64,000 nucleotides of DNA from contig CAYHXX010000003.1 of the NCBI GenBank assembly GCA_964360785.1, forward strand, positions 22,911 through 86,910, given 5' to 3'. Below are positions 54,865-64,000 of the stretch, piece by piece (the first letter of the stretch is position 1; every line of letters starts with the position of its first letter). The translations under genes and the position numbers were made by a program. A model generated the notes under the pieces. The model was not told the origin of the DNA. It worked only from the letters and a program-made list of their open reading frames with translations, and made no database searches. The DNA is from an uncultured Gammaproteobacteria bacterium. GTDB taxonomy: Bacteria > Patescibacteriota > Microgenomatia > Woykebacterales > RBG-16-39-9b.

Positions 54865-57819
54865 TTAATTGACAATAAACCAGTCGAAGCTAATATCGTG
54901 AGTAGTTGGTTGCTCAACCTCAACCATAAAGTAGTTACCTGCTTGTTTTTCCGTAACTACCAGAGTTTGCCCTGAGGTGAAGTTTAGCGCAGTGACAAAA
55001 ACCCGCGAAGTACTTTTCACCAAGTTACTTGGAACAATCACTTTTGTTGTTCCGGAGACAATTTTAGCTGTCCCCACAGAGCCCCCAGAAGCGTCTACGG
55101 AAAGTTCAGTGATCTTTAGTTTTGTTGTCTCTACACTTTGGGCAAAGAGGGTCTTAGAAATTGTTAAGTTGCCTTCTAAGTTTATATCTCCAATAATTTC
55201 AATCTTTCCCGAGGCGCCCAATTTGATTTGATTCTTGCCAAGCACTATCTCTGTAGCAGAGATTGAAGAGTTAGTGGTTCCGGAGATTGGCTTAGTGTAG
55301 TAACTTGAATTCACCAGGACCAAGACTTTTCCAACCCCAGTTTGGTTGAAACTTTGCAAAGACTTACCGATAACCGGACCGCTCTCGGTTGCTTTCATCG
55401 CAACCCCAGGGGTTGAAGAGGATGTTAAATAGTCACCAACTTCAACCGGTCCGTTTTCAGTCGAGACTTTGGTTGGGACCCGTCCGGTGAGTGCCAGTTT
55501 CGCGATGTGTTGCGGGTTGCCGAGAGCGTCGGGGTTATCAATAAAAGTTGGGTCAGTACTTTCAATTCCGATTAAAGTTTTTTGGTAAGGTAAGCTAGAT
55601 TTTTTAACCTTTAAATCAGTGGCCGTAGTATCAATTGCCAAGACATCACCAGCCTCTAACTTCTCACTAGCCACTGCTCGTTCGGCAATATCAAAAGTTC
55701 CAGTGCGGTTCCAGTAGCTACAAGTCCCACCGGTTCCTTTCCAATAAATCCGATTATTTGTTGAATCATAACCAAAATCACCGTTGGTTAAAGAAGCACA
55801 ACTGGGAGCGGCTTGAGCAGTATTCAGGTTAAATCCAACTGCAGAGGTAGAAGCAGTTGAAGCGCTAAGTTTTGCACCAAAATTGGAAGCAGCGTTGAAA
55901 ATGTTAGTACCAGTTGTTCCTGATTGATAAATCGGGTAGATATTAGTCCCAACTGTAATGTCTTGTATTTCAATTCCATAGCTATTGGCAGGAGTCCCTC
56001 CAAGGATAGAGGGTGAAACAATCGATACTCCGACAAGAGTAGCGACTGAACCAGATCCAGCCCCAGTATTTACAGTTGCTTGTATTGCGGCTAGAGTTGT
56101 TGCACCCCCACTTCCGGAGTAGGTTGAGATCGAATCAAGTCCAATCAAACTAATACTTGTATCTGCACCACTGTAGATAGGTAAAGTACGAATCCCAAAA
56201 GTTAATGGGTTGCCAACTCCGTTGAAACTACTGGTTGGTGCTACTAATAAACCAGAATAGATGACATCTGCGGATTGAGATTCGGAGAAGTACGCAATCG
56301 CCGATGAAGTAATTGCAGCAGTACTACCAAAAGCGCCATGACCGTTGGCATCGAGATCCGTTGCTAGATTTAAACCACCACCGGCAGTAAAATCTGTACC
56401 GGCGTTGCCGATATTGATAGCTAGATTGTTATTGAAGTTAGCATTTCCAGCCATAGTTCCACCAGTTAATGGCAGATAGTTTGACGCTGTTATTGTGTCA
56501 GCCACGTTTCCATCGGTCAGACTTCCGGTTATGGAACCAAAACTCCCCAACGCTAAAGTAACCGATCCGTTACCCAAGGTTCCGGAATTAAGAGCAGTGG
56601 CCGAAACACTACTGGTATTGGCAATTGTAATTGAGTCTGAAACCGCACCATCGCCAACACAACTAGTACAAGTAAAAGTTCCAAGCACACTCAGGGTAGT
56701 TCCGGCATCTAAAGTTAAAGTTCCGGAGGTAAAATTGTCCGTAGTATCAGAACGTAAGAATTGAGCTGAATCGATTGAATCAAGCAAATCAGCGTTAACC
56801 CCAGAACCAGCTAAATTGAAAGTAATCGAATTAGTTGAATCGTTGGAAGTGATCGTAACTCCAGCTCCGGCGATAAAATCAATATCGCCAGCATTATTTT
56901 TTATCCCATCAATACTTGAAATTGCTTCATTGGCAAGAGAAAGAGCAAAAGCATTGCCGATTCTTGTGATATTTACCCCATTTCCTGTAAGGCTCAAGCC
57001 TGCAAGACCAGTACTCACTGAAGTATCGGCAATGTCTTTTATAGTCTCAGCTGTCCAATAAAGATCAGCACTACAGCTTAATAATTGGGCAATATCAAGA
57101 GTCAGAACACAAGCTTCGGTTGCTCCGGAGAGATTGGGAAAGGTAATTTCTTTACTCAAAATCTTTTTTACATCAATACTCTCGACGGTTAAACTATCAT
57201 TGGTGATTAGGGAATTCTCCAAGGAAATAGGAGCTGAAGGGTCAGAGATTATAGTTTTTTGAATAGTAACTTCTTGTTTTTCGTTAATGGTGATGACTTT
57301 GCCGACATTGGTCAAACCCAGAGGATCAGTCGAGCTAGCATTTTCATCCTTAGCCTCTCGGATCAGGGCAGCTAATACATTACCAACAGGTTTTGCCACG
57401 ACATTATTGGTCACAGAATTGTTGAAAGTTATTGTTAGGGTAATAGCACCGAGGAAAATTAGGAAAAAAAGTCCCGATAGCATCAAAAGCGATTTGCTGG
57501 CTTTTTGGTAGGTGTCAACTAAGCTACGTAGATCAGTTGGTTTTCTGAGAAATTCTTGACGCTGTTCTTCAATAACCTGTTTGATTTGGGAGAGGCTCTT
57601 GCCTTCTTTAAGCATTTTGTCGATCGAAACGATACGATCAACTGCTGTAGCTGGAAAATCGCCATTGAGAAGTTTTGGTACAAGACCATTCTGAACATAG
57701 GTCTCGATTGTTTGTTGGTGGTTGTCACCGAGGTTTACATCATGGTCAAGGCAGCGGCCAATAAGTTGTTCGATATTTATGAGCTGATCTCGTTGAAACG
57801 GGTTTTCGTCAAGAAACAT
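54865..57819 (-). CDS. Large surface protein (984 aa), paralogue: divergent MerR-like N-terminal HTH, TM, Gly/Thr/Asn repeats including YLPLTGGTMAGN, and the conserved C-terminal module.
   Basis: N-terminal ...TIETYVQNGLVPKLL...IVSIDKMLKEGKSLSQIKQVI. TM LLMLSGLFFLIFLGAITLTI. Repeat GTLGNGSVTLALGSFGSITGSLTDGNVADTITASNYLPLTGGTMAGN. C-terminal GDYLTSSSTPGVAMKATESGPVIGKSL...FDWFIVN. Confidence 0.75.
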   Translation of the reverse strand: MFLDENPFQRDQLINIEQLIGRCLDHDVNLGDNHQQTIETYVQNGLVPKLLNGDFPATAVDRIVSIDKMLKEGKSLSQIKQVIEEQRQEFLRKPTDLRSLVDTYQKASKSLLMLSGLFFLIFLGAITLTITFNNSVTNNVVAKPVGNVLAALIREAKDENASSTDPLGLTNVGKVITINEKQEVTIQKTIISDPSAPISLENSLITNDSLTVESIDVKKILSKEITFPNLSGATEACVLTLDIAQLLSCSADLYWTAETIKDIADTSVSTGLAGLSLTGNGVNITRIGNAFALSLANEAISSIDGIKNNAGDIDFIAGAGVTITSNDSTNSITFNLAGSGVNADLLDSIDSAQFLRSDTTDNFTSGTLTLDAGTTLSVLGTFTCTSCVGDGAVSDSITIANTSSVSATALNSGTLGNGSVTLALGSFGSITGSLTDGNVADTITASNYLPLTGGTMAGNANFNNNLAINIGNAGTDFTAGGGLNLATDLDANGHGAFGSTAAITSSAIAYFSESQSADVIYSGLLVAPTSSFNGVGNPLTFGIRTLPIYSGADTSISLIGLDSISTYSGSGGATTLAAIQATVNTGAGSGSVATLVGVSIVSPSILGGTPANSYGIEIQDITVGTNIYPIYQSGTTGTNIFNAASNFGAKLSASTASTSAVGFNLNTAQAAPSCASLTNGDFGYDSTNNRIYWKGTGGTCSYWNRTGTFDIAERAVASEKLEAGDVLAIDTTATDLKVKKSSLPYQKTLIGIESTDPTFIDNPDALGNPQHIAKLALTGRVPTKVSTENGPVEVGDYLTSSSTPGVAMKATESGPVIGKSLQSFNQTGVGKVLVLVNSSYYTKPISGTTNSSISATEIVLGKNQIKLGASGKIEIIGDINLEGNLTISKTLFAQSVETTKLKITELSVDASGGSVGTAKIVSGTTKVIVPSNLVKSTSRVFVTALNFTSGQTLVVTEKQAGNYFMVEVEQPTTHDISFDWFIVN

Positions 57820-57872
57820 AGGCAGGGTATAGAAACATTATAGGGAACTACTAAATAGATGTCTAATCTAGC

Positions 57873-57902
57873 TTGAATTTTTTGACTTCCGCTAGCATAA
57901 TT
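57873..57902 (+). promoter_or_regulatory. Candidate promoter TTGAAT-18-ATAATT, 9 nt upstream of the comEA ATG at 57912.
   Basis: 5/6 -35 and 4/6 -10. Consistent with the leaderless pattern elsewhere in the window. Confidence 0.3.
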
Positions 57903-57911
57903 TTCTTAAAG

Positions 57912-58517
57912 ATGGAGCAGAACACAACGTGGTCCAAATTCTTTGAGGTAGCAGATAAATTTAAAATTCCATTAATATTGGCTTTTGCTGGGTTACTTTT
58001 GATTGGTTTGGGTCTATTGCTACCAAAACTAAATCAAGGAAAGAAGGATATTGTTGTCGAAACTGCTAATTCAGAAACAAGCATAAAAGAAAGTACAAAA
58101 CTAAAAGTTGATATTGCCGGAGCAGTTCCGCAGCCAGGAGTTTATGAAATTAGTTCCGAAGCAAGGTTGGAAGACGCGATAAAGCTGGCTGGCGGTTTCT
58201 CGGAAATAGCAGATTCTGTTTGGATTGCGAAGAACATAAACCTAGCAAGCAAGTTAGTCGATGGCCAAAAGATTTACATTCAAGCCAAAGGCGAAAGCGA
58301 AGTTGGTGGTCTGTCCCTTGGAGCAAAAACATCCGACAAAATTAATGTCAACTTTGCTTCGGCAAAAGAGCTCGATACTTTGCCCGGTATAGGGGAAGTG
58401 ACCGCTGCAAAAATTATTGCTGCAAGGCCCTACAACAGTGTGGGCGAGCTATTAACTAAGAAAGCAGTCGGTAAGGCAACCTTCGAAAAGATTAAGGATC
58501 TGGTCAGTGTTAACTAA
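57912..58517 (+). CDS. comEA: Competence protein ComEA (SLBB domain plus tandem helix-hairpin-helix DNA-binding domain).
   Basis: TM, then ...DIAGAVPQPGVYEI...INVNFASAKELDTLPGIGEVTAAKIIAARPYNSVGELL. The ATG at 57912 is preferred over the track's TTG at 57873. Confidence 0.8.
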   Translation: MEQNTTWSKFFEVADKFKIPLILAFAGLLLIGLGLLLPKLNQGKKDIVVETANSETSIKESTKLKVDIAGAVPQPGVYEISSEARLEDAIKLAGGFSEIADSVWIAKNINLASKLVDGQKIYIQAKGESEVGGLSLGAKTSDKINVNFASAKELDTLPGIGEVTAAKIIAARPYNSVGELLTKKAVGKATFEKIKDLVSVN

Positions 58518-59703
58518 GAAACTTTGGCTAGTAGTAGCAATCGTTGCTTTTCTCATTCTTGGTCTGAGAATCTCCTTTTACTACAATTCAAAGCAAACAG
58601 AAGGCAATATCACTGTTAAAGGTCAAGTGCTAACCGAGCCGTATTTGAGGAAAGGCGAATATAACTTCAGGGTCGATCGTTTCCAGGTGGTTACCAAGTA
58701 TCAGAATATTAGCTTTGGAGATAACGTTTTAGTCGAAGGTGAATTAAGAGACAGGGTTATTCGAGCTTCAAAAGTTTTGGTCTTGCCACAAACTGGGATC
58801 GAAGGGTTTCTCACAAAAACTCGATTAGGTTTGAATAGGAGACTACTTGAGAATTTTCCAAGCCCACAGTCTCAACTTCTTTCTGGAATTGTATTGGGAG
58901 TAAAATCTAACCTCAATAAAGATTTTAAACAGAGTCTGGTAAATACAGGCACCCTTCACGTAGTGGTAGTTTCTGGTTACAACATCGCACTGGTTGCTGG
59001 GTTTGGTTTGTCTCTAAGCTTCTTGATTGGGAGAAGAAAGGCGAGTTTGTTCGCTGGAGTGCTTGTTATCGTCTACACTTTACTAGTTGGGGTCTCAGCC
59101 CCAACTTTGAGAGCTACAATTATGGCACTACTGACAATAGCTGGTACTTTGTTTGGTAGGCAAGTCTTAGCCGGGTATCTACTTTTCCTGACTGCTTACT
59201 TGCTGATACTGATTTCTCCGGAGAACTTAGTAGACGTTTCGTTTCAGCTGACTTTCCTGGCAACACTAGGTTTGATAATCTTCAGCAATCCGTTTAGTAA
59301 TTACCTGGGGAGATTGCCAAGGCAGCTTCGTGAACCATTAGCGACAACACTAGCTGCCCAGGTTCTAGTTGTGCCGATAATCTTTTTTTATTTTGGGAAT
59401 GTACCGCTGCTTTCTCCTTTGATAAACATTTTAGTACTCTGGACTGTTCCACTGATCACAGTTGCCGGTTTTCTTTATTTGTTCTTGCTTCAAGTAAGTA
59501 TTTTACTAGCCCACTTCTTAGGTTATTTATTGTTGGTTCCTTTAACTTTCTTTGTTCAAGTAGTCGTATTTTTTGGAAAGTTTGACTCCTTCGTATTCCA
59601 GAGTGAGCGTGGTAATTGGCTAGTAATTTCAGGATACTTACTCTTGCTGCTGGCTTTACTGATCGTTATTTTGAGAAGGAATAGAGGAAAGGAGCTAGAT
59701 TAG
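58507..59703 (+). CDS. comEC: ComEC/Rec2 membrane channel portion (DUF4131 plus competence domain), without the MBL domain.
   Basis: Polytopic. ...TGTLHVVVVSGYNIALVAGF... is the competence-domain signature. It ends 1 nt before the next ORF. Confidence 0.7.
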   Translation: MLTKKLWLVVAIVAFLILGLRISFYYNSKQTEGNITVKGQVLTEPYLRKGEYNFRVDRFQVVTKYQNISFGDNVLVEGELRDRVIRASKVLVLPQTGIEGFLTKTRLGLNRRLLENFPSPQSQLLSGIVLGVKSNLNKDFKQSLVNTGTLHVVVVSGYNIALVAGFGLSLSFLIGRRKASLFAGVLVIVYTLLVGVSAPTLRATIMALLTIAGTLFGRQVLAGYLLFLTAYLLILISPENLVDVSFQLTFLATLGLIIFSNPFSNYLGRLPRQLREPLATTLAAQVLVVPIIFFYFGNVPLLSPLINILVLWTVPLITVAGFLYLFLLQVSILLAHFLGYLLLVPLTFFVQVVVFFGKFDSFVFQSERGNWLVISGYLLLLLALLIVILRRNRGKELD

Positions 59704-59704
59704 T

Positions 59705-60553
59705 TTGAAAAGAAATTTTTGGATTCTGCTTGTCAGCGTACTTATTTTAGGAAACATCTTAGTCTGGTCTTTGCTTTCAGGTTCTAGAGAGAAGCAGTTT
59801 TCTGTAAGTTTTTATAATGTTGGCCAAGGGGATTCTGCTTTGATCCAAACTCCAGATGGCTACAACATACTTGTTGATGGCGGTCCAAACAACAAAGTTT
59901 CAGAATATTTAAATAAGGATTTACCCGTGAACGACAGAGAGCTGGATTTGGTTATCCTTACCCACCCACAATCAGATCACATGTATGGTTTGATCAATGT
60001 AGTTAAGAATTTCAAAGTAAAGAAAATCATCACTACCAGCGCCAGTAACACTACTAGTGAGTATAAGTTATGGATTGATACAGTAAAAAATAAAGGTTTG
60101 AATCTAAACTTTGCCAAAGCGGGGAACAGTATTACCTTGACGGACAACGTAACTTTGAAGTTCAATTGGCCAGACACAGATGGAAAGCAGGAAGCAGCCG
60201 ACTTAAACATGGCCTCAGTGGTGTTAACAGTTAGCTACAACGATTTGGATATATTAATGACTGGGGATGCTGATATGCAGGTACAGCCGTATAGCGATGC
60301 AAGTAAAGAGATAGAGGTTTTGAAGGTACCCCATCATGGTTCCAAAACCTCCTTAAAGCAGGACTTCCTAGAGAAAATAAACCCGAAAGTTTCTGTCATT
60401 AGTGTTGGCAAGTCTAACAGCTATGGTCACCCAAACCCTTTACTACTCGAGCAGCTGGGAAAAATTAAAAGCAAGGTTTTCCGGACAGATCTCAGCGGGA
60501 CCATCAAAATTGTCAGCGATGGTCAAAAATGGTACACTCAAACGGAGAAATGA
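59705..60553 (+). CDS. comEC: ComEC C-terminal metallo-beta-lactamase domain, as a separate TTG-initiated ORF in a different frame.
   Basis: HPQSDHMYG (HxHxDH), ...VPHHGSK.... N-terminal TM NFWILLVSVLILGNILVWSLL. There is no ATG start. Confidence 0.6.
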   Translation: MKRNFWILLVSVLILGNILVWSLLSGSREKQFSVSFYNVGQGDSALIQTPDGYNILVDGGPNNKVSEYLNKDLPVNDRELDLVILTHPQSDHMYGLINVVKNFKVKKIITTSASNTTSEYKLWIDTVKNKGLNLNFAKAGNSITLTDNVTLKFNWPDTDGKQEAADLNMASVVLTVSYNDLDILMTGDADMQVQPYSDASKEIEVLKVPHHGSKTSLKQDFLEKINPKVSVISVGKSNSYGHPNPLLLEQLGKIKSKVFRTDLSGTIKIVSDGQKWYTQTEK

Positions 60554-60580
60554 AGCCATTACAGGATTAGTTGATACAAT

Positions 60581-62155
60581 ATGATCAAGAAAGCTATATT
60601 AGAAAGAATAAACAGTGCCTTGCAAGCCGAAGAGCTAAGCTTTTCGGGTGTCTCTCTGGAAGAATCTTCTTTCGGTGATTATTCGACAAGTTTTCCACTA
60701 AAGCTAGGTAAGTTCAAGTCTTATCAGACTCCAGATGAAGTTGCTAGATTTTTTGTGTCTGTGCTGGCGAAGAATGAGCTGTTTTCAGAAGTCACTTTTT
60801 CCAAACCTGGTTTCATAAACTTCAGAATAAACCAAAAAGAAGCCGGAAAACTTCTGTCCGAAGTCCTTGAGCAGAAAGAAAACTTTGGTAAGACCAAGGA
60901 CTTTATTGGTAAGAAAGCTCGGGTTGAATATGTATCGGCCAATCCTACTGGCCCCCTTCACATAGGTAATGCTCGGGGAGGGCCTTTGGGTAGTAGTTTG
61001 GCTTCAGTCTTGGAGTGGAATGGCTATAGTGTGATACAGGAGTATCTACATAATGACATCGGTTCGCAAATAGACAATCTTGGGGCAAGTTTACTTAATT
61101 TACGAAAAGGAGGAAGGCTTGAAGATCAGGAGTATAAAGGTGAGTACTTGCTTGAATTACAGAAGGTTTTGCCAAAAGAAATTGACTCAAGTCAGGAAGC
61201 CGGTAAGTGGGCAGCGGACAAAATGTTGCAAGAGATACTTAATGATCTAGATAAAATTGGAATAAAATATAACAAAATATATAAAGAAAGTGAATTTGAA
61301 GCTTCTAAAACCGAGCAGATTCTCAAGGTTTTGGAAGATAAGTCGCTGCTCAAGGAAAAAGATGGGGCGAAGTGGTTTGCACCGGGCGGTGAGTATATGC
61401 AGGATAAAGAAGCAGTTGTGGTCAGATCTGATGGCCGACCGACTTACTTTGCTAACGACATCGCTTACCACAATGAAAAGTTCTCCGAAGGTTATGATCT
61501 CGTCATCGATGAGCTTGGTTCCGGCCATGATGGTCATATCCCTAAGCTAAAAGCAGTTATCTCAGCTCTTGGTTACGACGTAAACAAATTTAAAGTAATA
61601 GTGCACCAGAATGTTAGAGTAAAGAGGGGAAAGATAATAGTCAAAATGTCCAAGCGGGCAGGAAACTACGTGACTGCACGTGAGGTGTTTGATGAAGTTG
61701 GGTCAGATGCTTTTCGTTTCTTACTCTTGATGTCCTCGCCAAACTCGCACCTGGATTTTGACCTTGATCTTGCCAAGAAACAAAGTAGCGAAAACCCAGT
61801 CTACTATGTGCAGTATGCTCACGCTCGAATTTGCAGCATCTTAAGTAAAGCAGATTTGAGTACAAACCGGTTTGATCCAAGCTTGCTCGAGACTAATGAA
61901 GAAAAAGAACTCACCAGAAAGATTCTTGAATTTCCTGATCTTCTTTCTGAGGTTGGACAAAATTTTATGGTTCACCAGATCGCCCACTACTGCATTTCTG
62001 TAGCTGATTTGTTTCACAAATTTTACGAAAAAGTTCATGTGCTCAACGAAGACAAAGATCTCACCAAAGCTCGTTTGGCTTTAGTAAAAGCTACTCAAAT
62101 CGTACTCGCAAACAGCCTCAGCCTTTTAGGAGTAAGTGCTCCTGAAAAAATGTAA
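60581..62155 (+). CDS. argS: Arginyl-tRNA synthetase.
   Basis: SANPTGPLHIGNARGG (HIGH-type). C-terminal DALR anticodon-binding ...YYVQYAHARICSIL. Confidence 0.9.
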   Translation: MIKKAILERINSALQAEELSFSGVSLEESSFGDYSTSFPLKLGKFKSYQTPDEVARFFVSVLAKNELFSEVTFSKPGFINFRINQKEAGKLLSEVLEQKENFGKTKDFIGKKARVEYVSANPTGPLHIGNARGGPLGSSLASVLEWNGYSVIQEYLHNDIGSQIDNLGASLLNLRKGGRLEDQEYKGEYLLELQKVLPKEIDSSQEAGKWAADKMLQEILNDLDKIGIKYNKIYKESEFEASKTEQILKVLEDKSLLKEKDGAKWFAPGGEYMQDKEAVVVRSDGRPTYFANDIAYHNEKFSEGYDLVIDELGSGHDGHIPKLKAVISALGYDVNKFKVIVHQNVRVKRGKIIVKMSKRAGNYVTAREVFDEVGSDAFRFLLLMSSPNSHLDFDLDLAKKQSSENPVYYVQYAHARICSILSKADLSTNRFDPSLLETNEEKELTRKILEFPDLLSEVGQNFMVHQIAHYCISVADLFHKFYEKVHVLNEDKDLTKARLALVKATQIVLANSLSLLGVSAPEKM

Positions 62156-62226
62156 CTTACTTCTGCTCAAATTTCCCGTGATAGGTTAGAATAGCAAAGA
62201 ACCAATTTATCATTTTTGTTTGTGGT

Positions 62227-63063
62227 ATGAAAAATTTCTTTATTGTGGCTACGGCCGTCATATTATTTGCAGGACTTTTACTGGCGCTAAGTGCTTACTT
62301 AGGTAGGGATCTACTGGTGAGTTTGCAAAATTCCGTTACTTCGACAAACAAAGCGAATGGCTCCAAGCTGGTTACCGAATTTGCAATTGTTAGTGATACT
62401 CACAGTGATACGCAGCAGTCGGAAAAAGCCTTACAACAAATAAAGTCATTAGGGTTAGGTTACATTGTACATACCGGAGACTGGACAAAAGTAGGAACTA
62501 GGGAAGAACTGCTCGAGCAGAAGAAGCTTTTTGATAATACGGGTCTTCCTTATTGGGGAATTATGGGTGATCACGACCGTTGGCAGTCTCAAGAAAAAAA
62601 TTTCGACTCGGTTTTTGGAGCGCGCTATGAAGTTTTTGAGAAGAATAGTATTACCCATATTCTGATGGATTCTTCCGATCTGAATAATGGACTTGGGGAA
62701 GCGCAGCTGGATTGGTTAGAATTAGTTTTGAAGAAGAATAAATACAAAAAGAAACTGATCTTTATGCATTTACCTGCCTACCATCCGACAAGCGACCGTA
62801 CTGTTGCTAGCAAAGCCGGGCAGGACAGTTCTCGCGAACAAGAGGTGAATAGGTTTCTGAAGCTGATAAAAGATCAAAACGTCCTCGCGATCTTCTCCGG
62901 AGATCATCATTTGTCAGCTAGCTATACAGAACCCACTACCTCTGTTAAAATATTCATCTCTGGTGCGGTGACAAGTGAACGAAACCTACAGTCGCCCCGC
63001 TTCACAAAAGTAGAGGTGTATGACAATGGTTTTGTCAGTGTAAGCGACCAAGTGATAAATTAG
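62227..63063 (+). CDS. Calcineurin-like metallophosphoesterase with an N-terminal membrane anchor.
   Basis: AIVSDTHSD, HTGDWT, GDHD and GDHH motifs. Confidence 0.7.
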   Translation: MKNFFIVATAVILFAGLLLALSAYLGRDLLVSLQNSVTSTNKANGSKLVTEFAIVSDTHSDTQQSEKALQQIKSLGLGYIVHTGDWTKVGTREELLEQKKLFDNTGLPYWGIMGDHDRWQSQEKNFDSVFGARYEVFEKNSITHILMDSSDLNNGLGEAQLDWLELVLKKNKYKKKLIFMHLPAYHPTSDRTVASKAGQDSSREQEVNRFLKLIKDQNVLAIFSGDHHLSASYTEPTTSVKIFISGAVTSERNLQSPRFTKVEVYDNGFVSVSDQVIN

Positions 63064-63065
63064 CC

Positions 63066-64000
63066 ATGATTGATATAAAAAAGCAAGTTGTCAGTAATAA
63101 TCTAAGAGTGCTAACAGCTGAAATGAAGTCCGTAAAGTCAGCTACGGTTTTGCTTTTGGTCAAAGCTGGTAGTCGTTACGAGACCAAGAACCTTAACGGT
63201 ATTGCTCACTTTGCGGAACATATGTTTTTCAAAGGAACAAAGAAACGACCAACAGCGGTTGAGATAGCCTCGCTCATTGATGGTTTGGGGGCGGAGTTTA
63301 ACGCCTTTACCTCAAAAGAATACACTGGTTTTTATATCAAAGCCGCAAGTTCTCACCTGGAGCTGGTCAGCGAAGTGCTTTCAGACATGCTCCTGAATTC
63401 AAAATTTGACCAAGAGGAAATAAATCGCGAGCGCAACGTTATCGCCGAAGAGCTGAGAATGTACCTTGACACCCCGATGCGCTATGTTGGTGATATCTAT
63501 GAAGAACTTCTCTACGGGGATCAACCGTTGGGCTGGGATACAGTCGGGACACTAGAGTCTTTAGCAAATATCCAGAGAGAAGACTTCCTCAGCTATAACA
63601 GCAAGTTTTATCTTGGCCCAAACATGATATTTGTAGCTGGTGGTGATGTTAATGAATTTCGGGCAAAGGAATTAGCAGAAAAATATTTCGCTTCTTTGCC
63701 GGACAGGCCTTCACCCAAATTTCTGCCAATAAAGTACAGCCAAGAGAAACCAGCTCTCAGACTTTTCTACAAAGACAGCGAACAGGCCCATCTTTGTCTC
63801 GGTGTTCGAGCATTTGCGCTCGGCAACCCTGACAGATACAAGAGCGCAGTGCTAAACGCAATCATTGGGTCTTCAATGAGTTCTAGGTTGTTTATTCAGC
63901 TGCGGGAGCGACGCGGTTTGGCTTATTACGTACGCTCAGGCAACGAAGAGTATCATGACGCTGGTTCCTTTGCCGCCCAAGCAGGAGTGGATCCAAAAAA
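63066..64000 (+). CDS. M16-family (insulinase/pitrilysin-like) zinc peptidase, 3'-truncated by the window end.
   Basis: ATG at 63066. HFAEHMFFKGT contains the inverted zinc motif HxxEH. The frame is open to the window end. Confidence 0.65.
   Translation, partial: MIDIKKQVVSNNLRVLTAEMKSVKSATVLLLVKAGSRYETKNLNGIAHFAEHMFFKGTKKRPTAVEIASLIDGLGAEFNAFTSKEYTGFYIKAASSHLELVSEVLSDMLLNSKFDQEEINRERNVIAEELRMYLDTPMRYVGDIYEELLYGDQPLGWDTVGTLESLANIQREDFLSYNSKFYLGPNMIFVAGGDVNEFRAKELAEKYFASLPDRPSPKFLPIKYSQEKPALRLFYKDSEQAHLCLGVRAFALGNPDRYKSAVLNAIIGSSMSSRLFIQLRERRGLAYYVRSGNEEYHDAGSFAAQAGVDPK

Overview
The window is gene-dense and has the character of an accessory region in a small-genome bacterium. The standard genetic code applies; TGA is used as a stop. 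No rRNA, tRNA or CRISPR was found.

Main contents:
(1) Four giant minus-strand surface-protein genes: 1..14425 (3' partial, more than 4,800 aa), 34662..42194 (2,510 aa), 50888..54199 (1,103 aa) and 54865..57819 (984 aa). All are Thr/Gly/Ser/Asn-rich beta-repeat proteins. They share a conserved roughly 100-aa C-terminal module and exchange near-identical repeat blocks. Three of them begin with a cytoplasmic MerR-type HTH followed by a single TM helix. The fourth begins with integrase-SAM-like repeats.
(2) An F-type ATP synthase cluster, atpF-atpH-atpA-atpG-atpD (15492..20473). It is preceded by an unusual gene (14661..15455) that fuses a signal peptide and the giant-protein C-terminal module to a c-subunit-like hairpin lacking the ion-binding carboxylate. 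No a-subunit gene is present. An epsilon-like gene sits about 4 kb downstream among signalling genes.
(3) A tandemly duplicated signalling cassette (20518..33350): a secreted FN3/CarbopepD-reg/Cys-less TlpA-like protein, then an output-less Cache-like membrane sensor, then a stand-alone receiver. The cassette also holds an output-less CHASE4-HAMP protein next to a PAS histidine kinase, and three single-domain receivers.
(4) An IS200/RAYT-type HUH tyrosine transposase (33391..34050), with at least nine copies of a REP-like palindrome, consensus TTGACAAGG-CCCGT-CCTTGCA. They lie in intergenic regions, inside two CDSs in frame, and once with an expanded loop carrying a 3 x 12-nt tandem repeat.
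(5) A surface cluster: two SGNH/GDSL hydrolases with C-terminal dockerin repeats, a DUF916/DUF3324-like anchored protein and two WxL-like secreted paralogs.
(6) Housekeeping genes: leuS, argS, comEA, comEC (split into two ORFs), a metallophosphoesterase, a DUF45-like HExxH protein and a 3'-truncated M16 peptidase.

Many genes show strong sigma70-like -35/-10 pairs placed 6-9 nt from the ATG, suggesting leaderless starts. The giant gene at 1..14425 has perfect TTGACA and TATAAT boxes separated by 20 nt that include a T8 tract, a candidate phase-variable switch. Nearly all + strand ORF-track entries in 1..14225 and 34810..41848 are antisense artefacts of the giant minus-strand genes.
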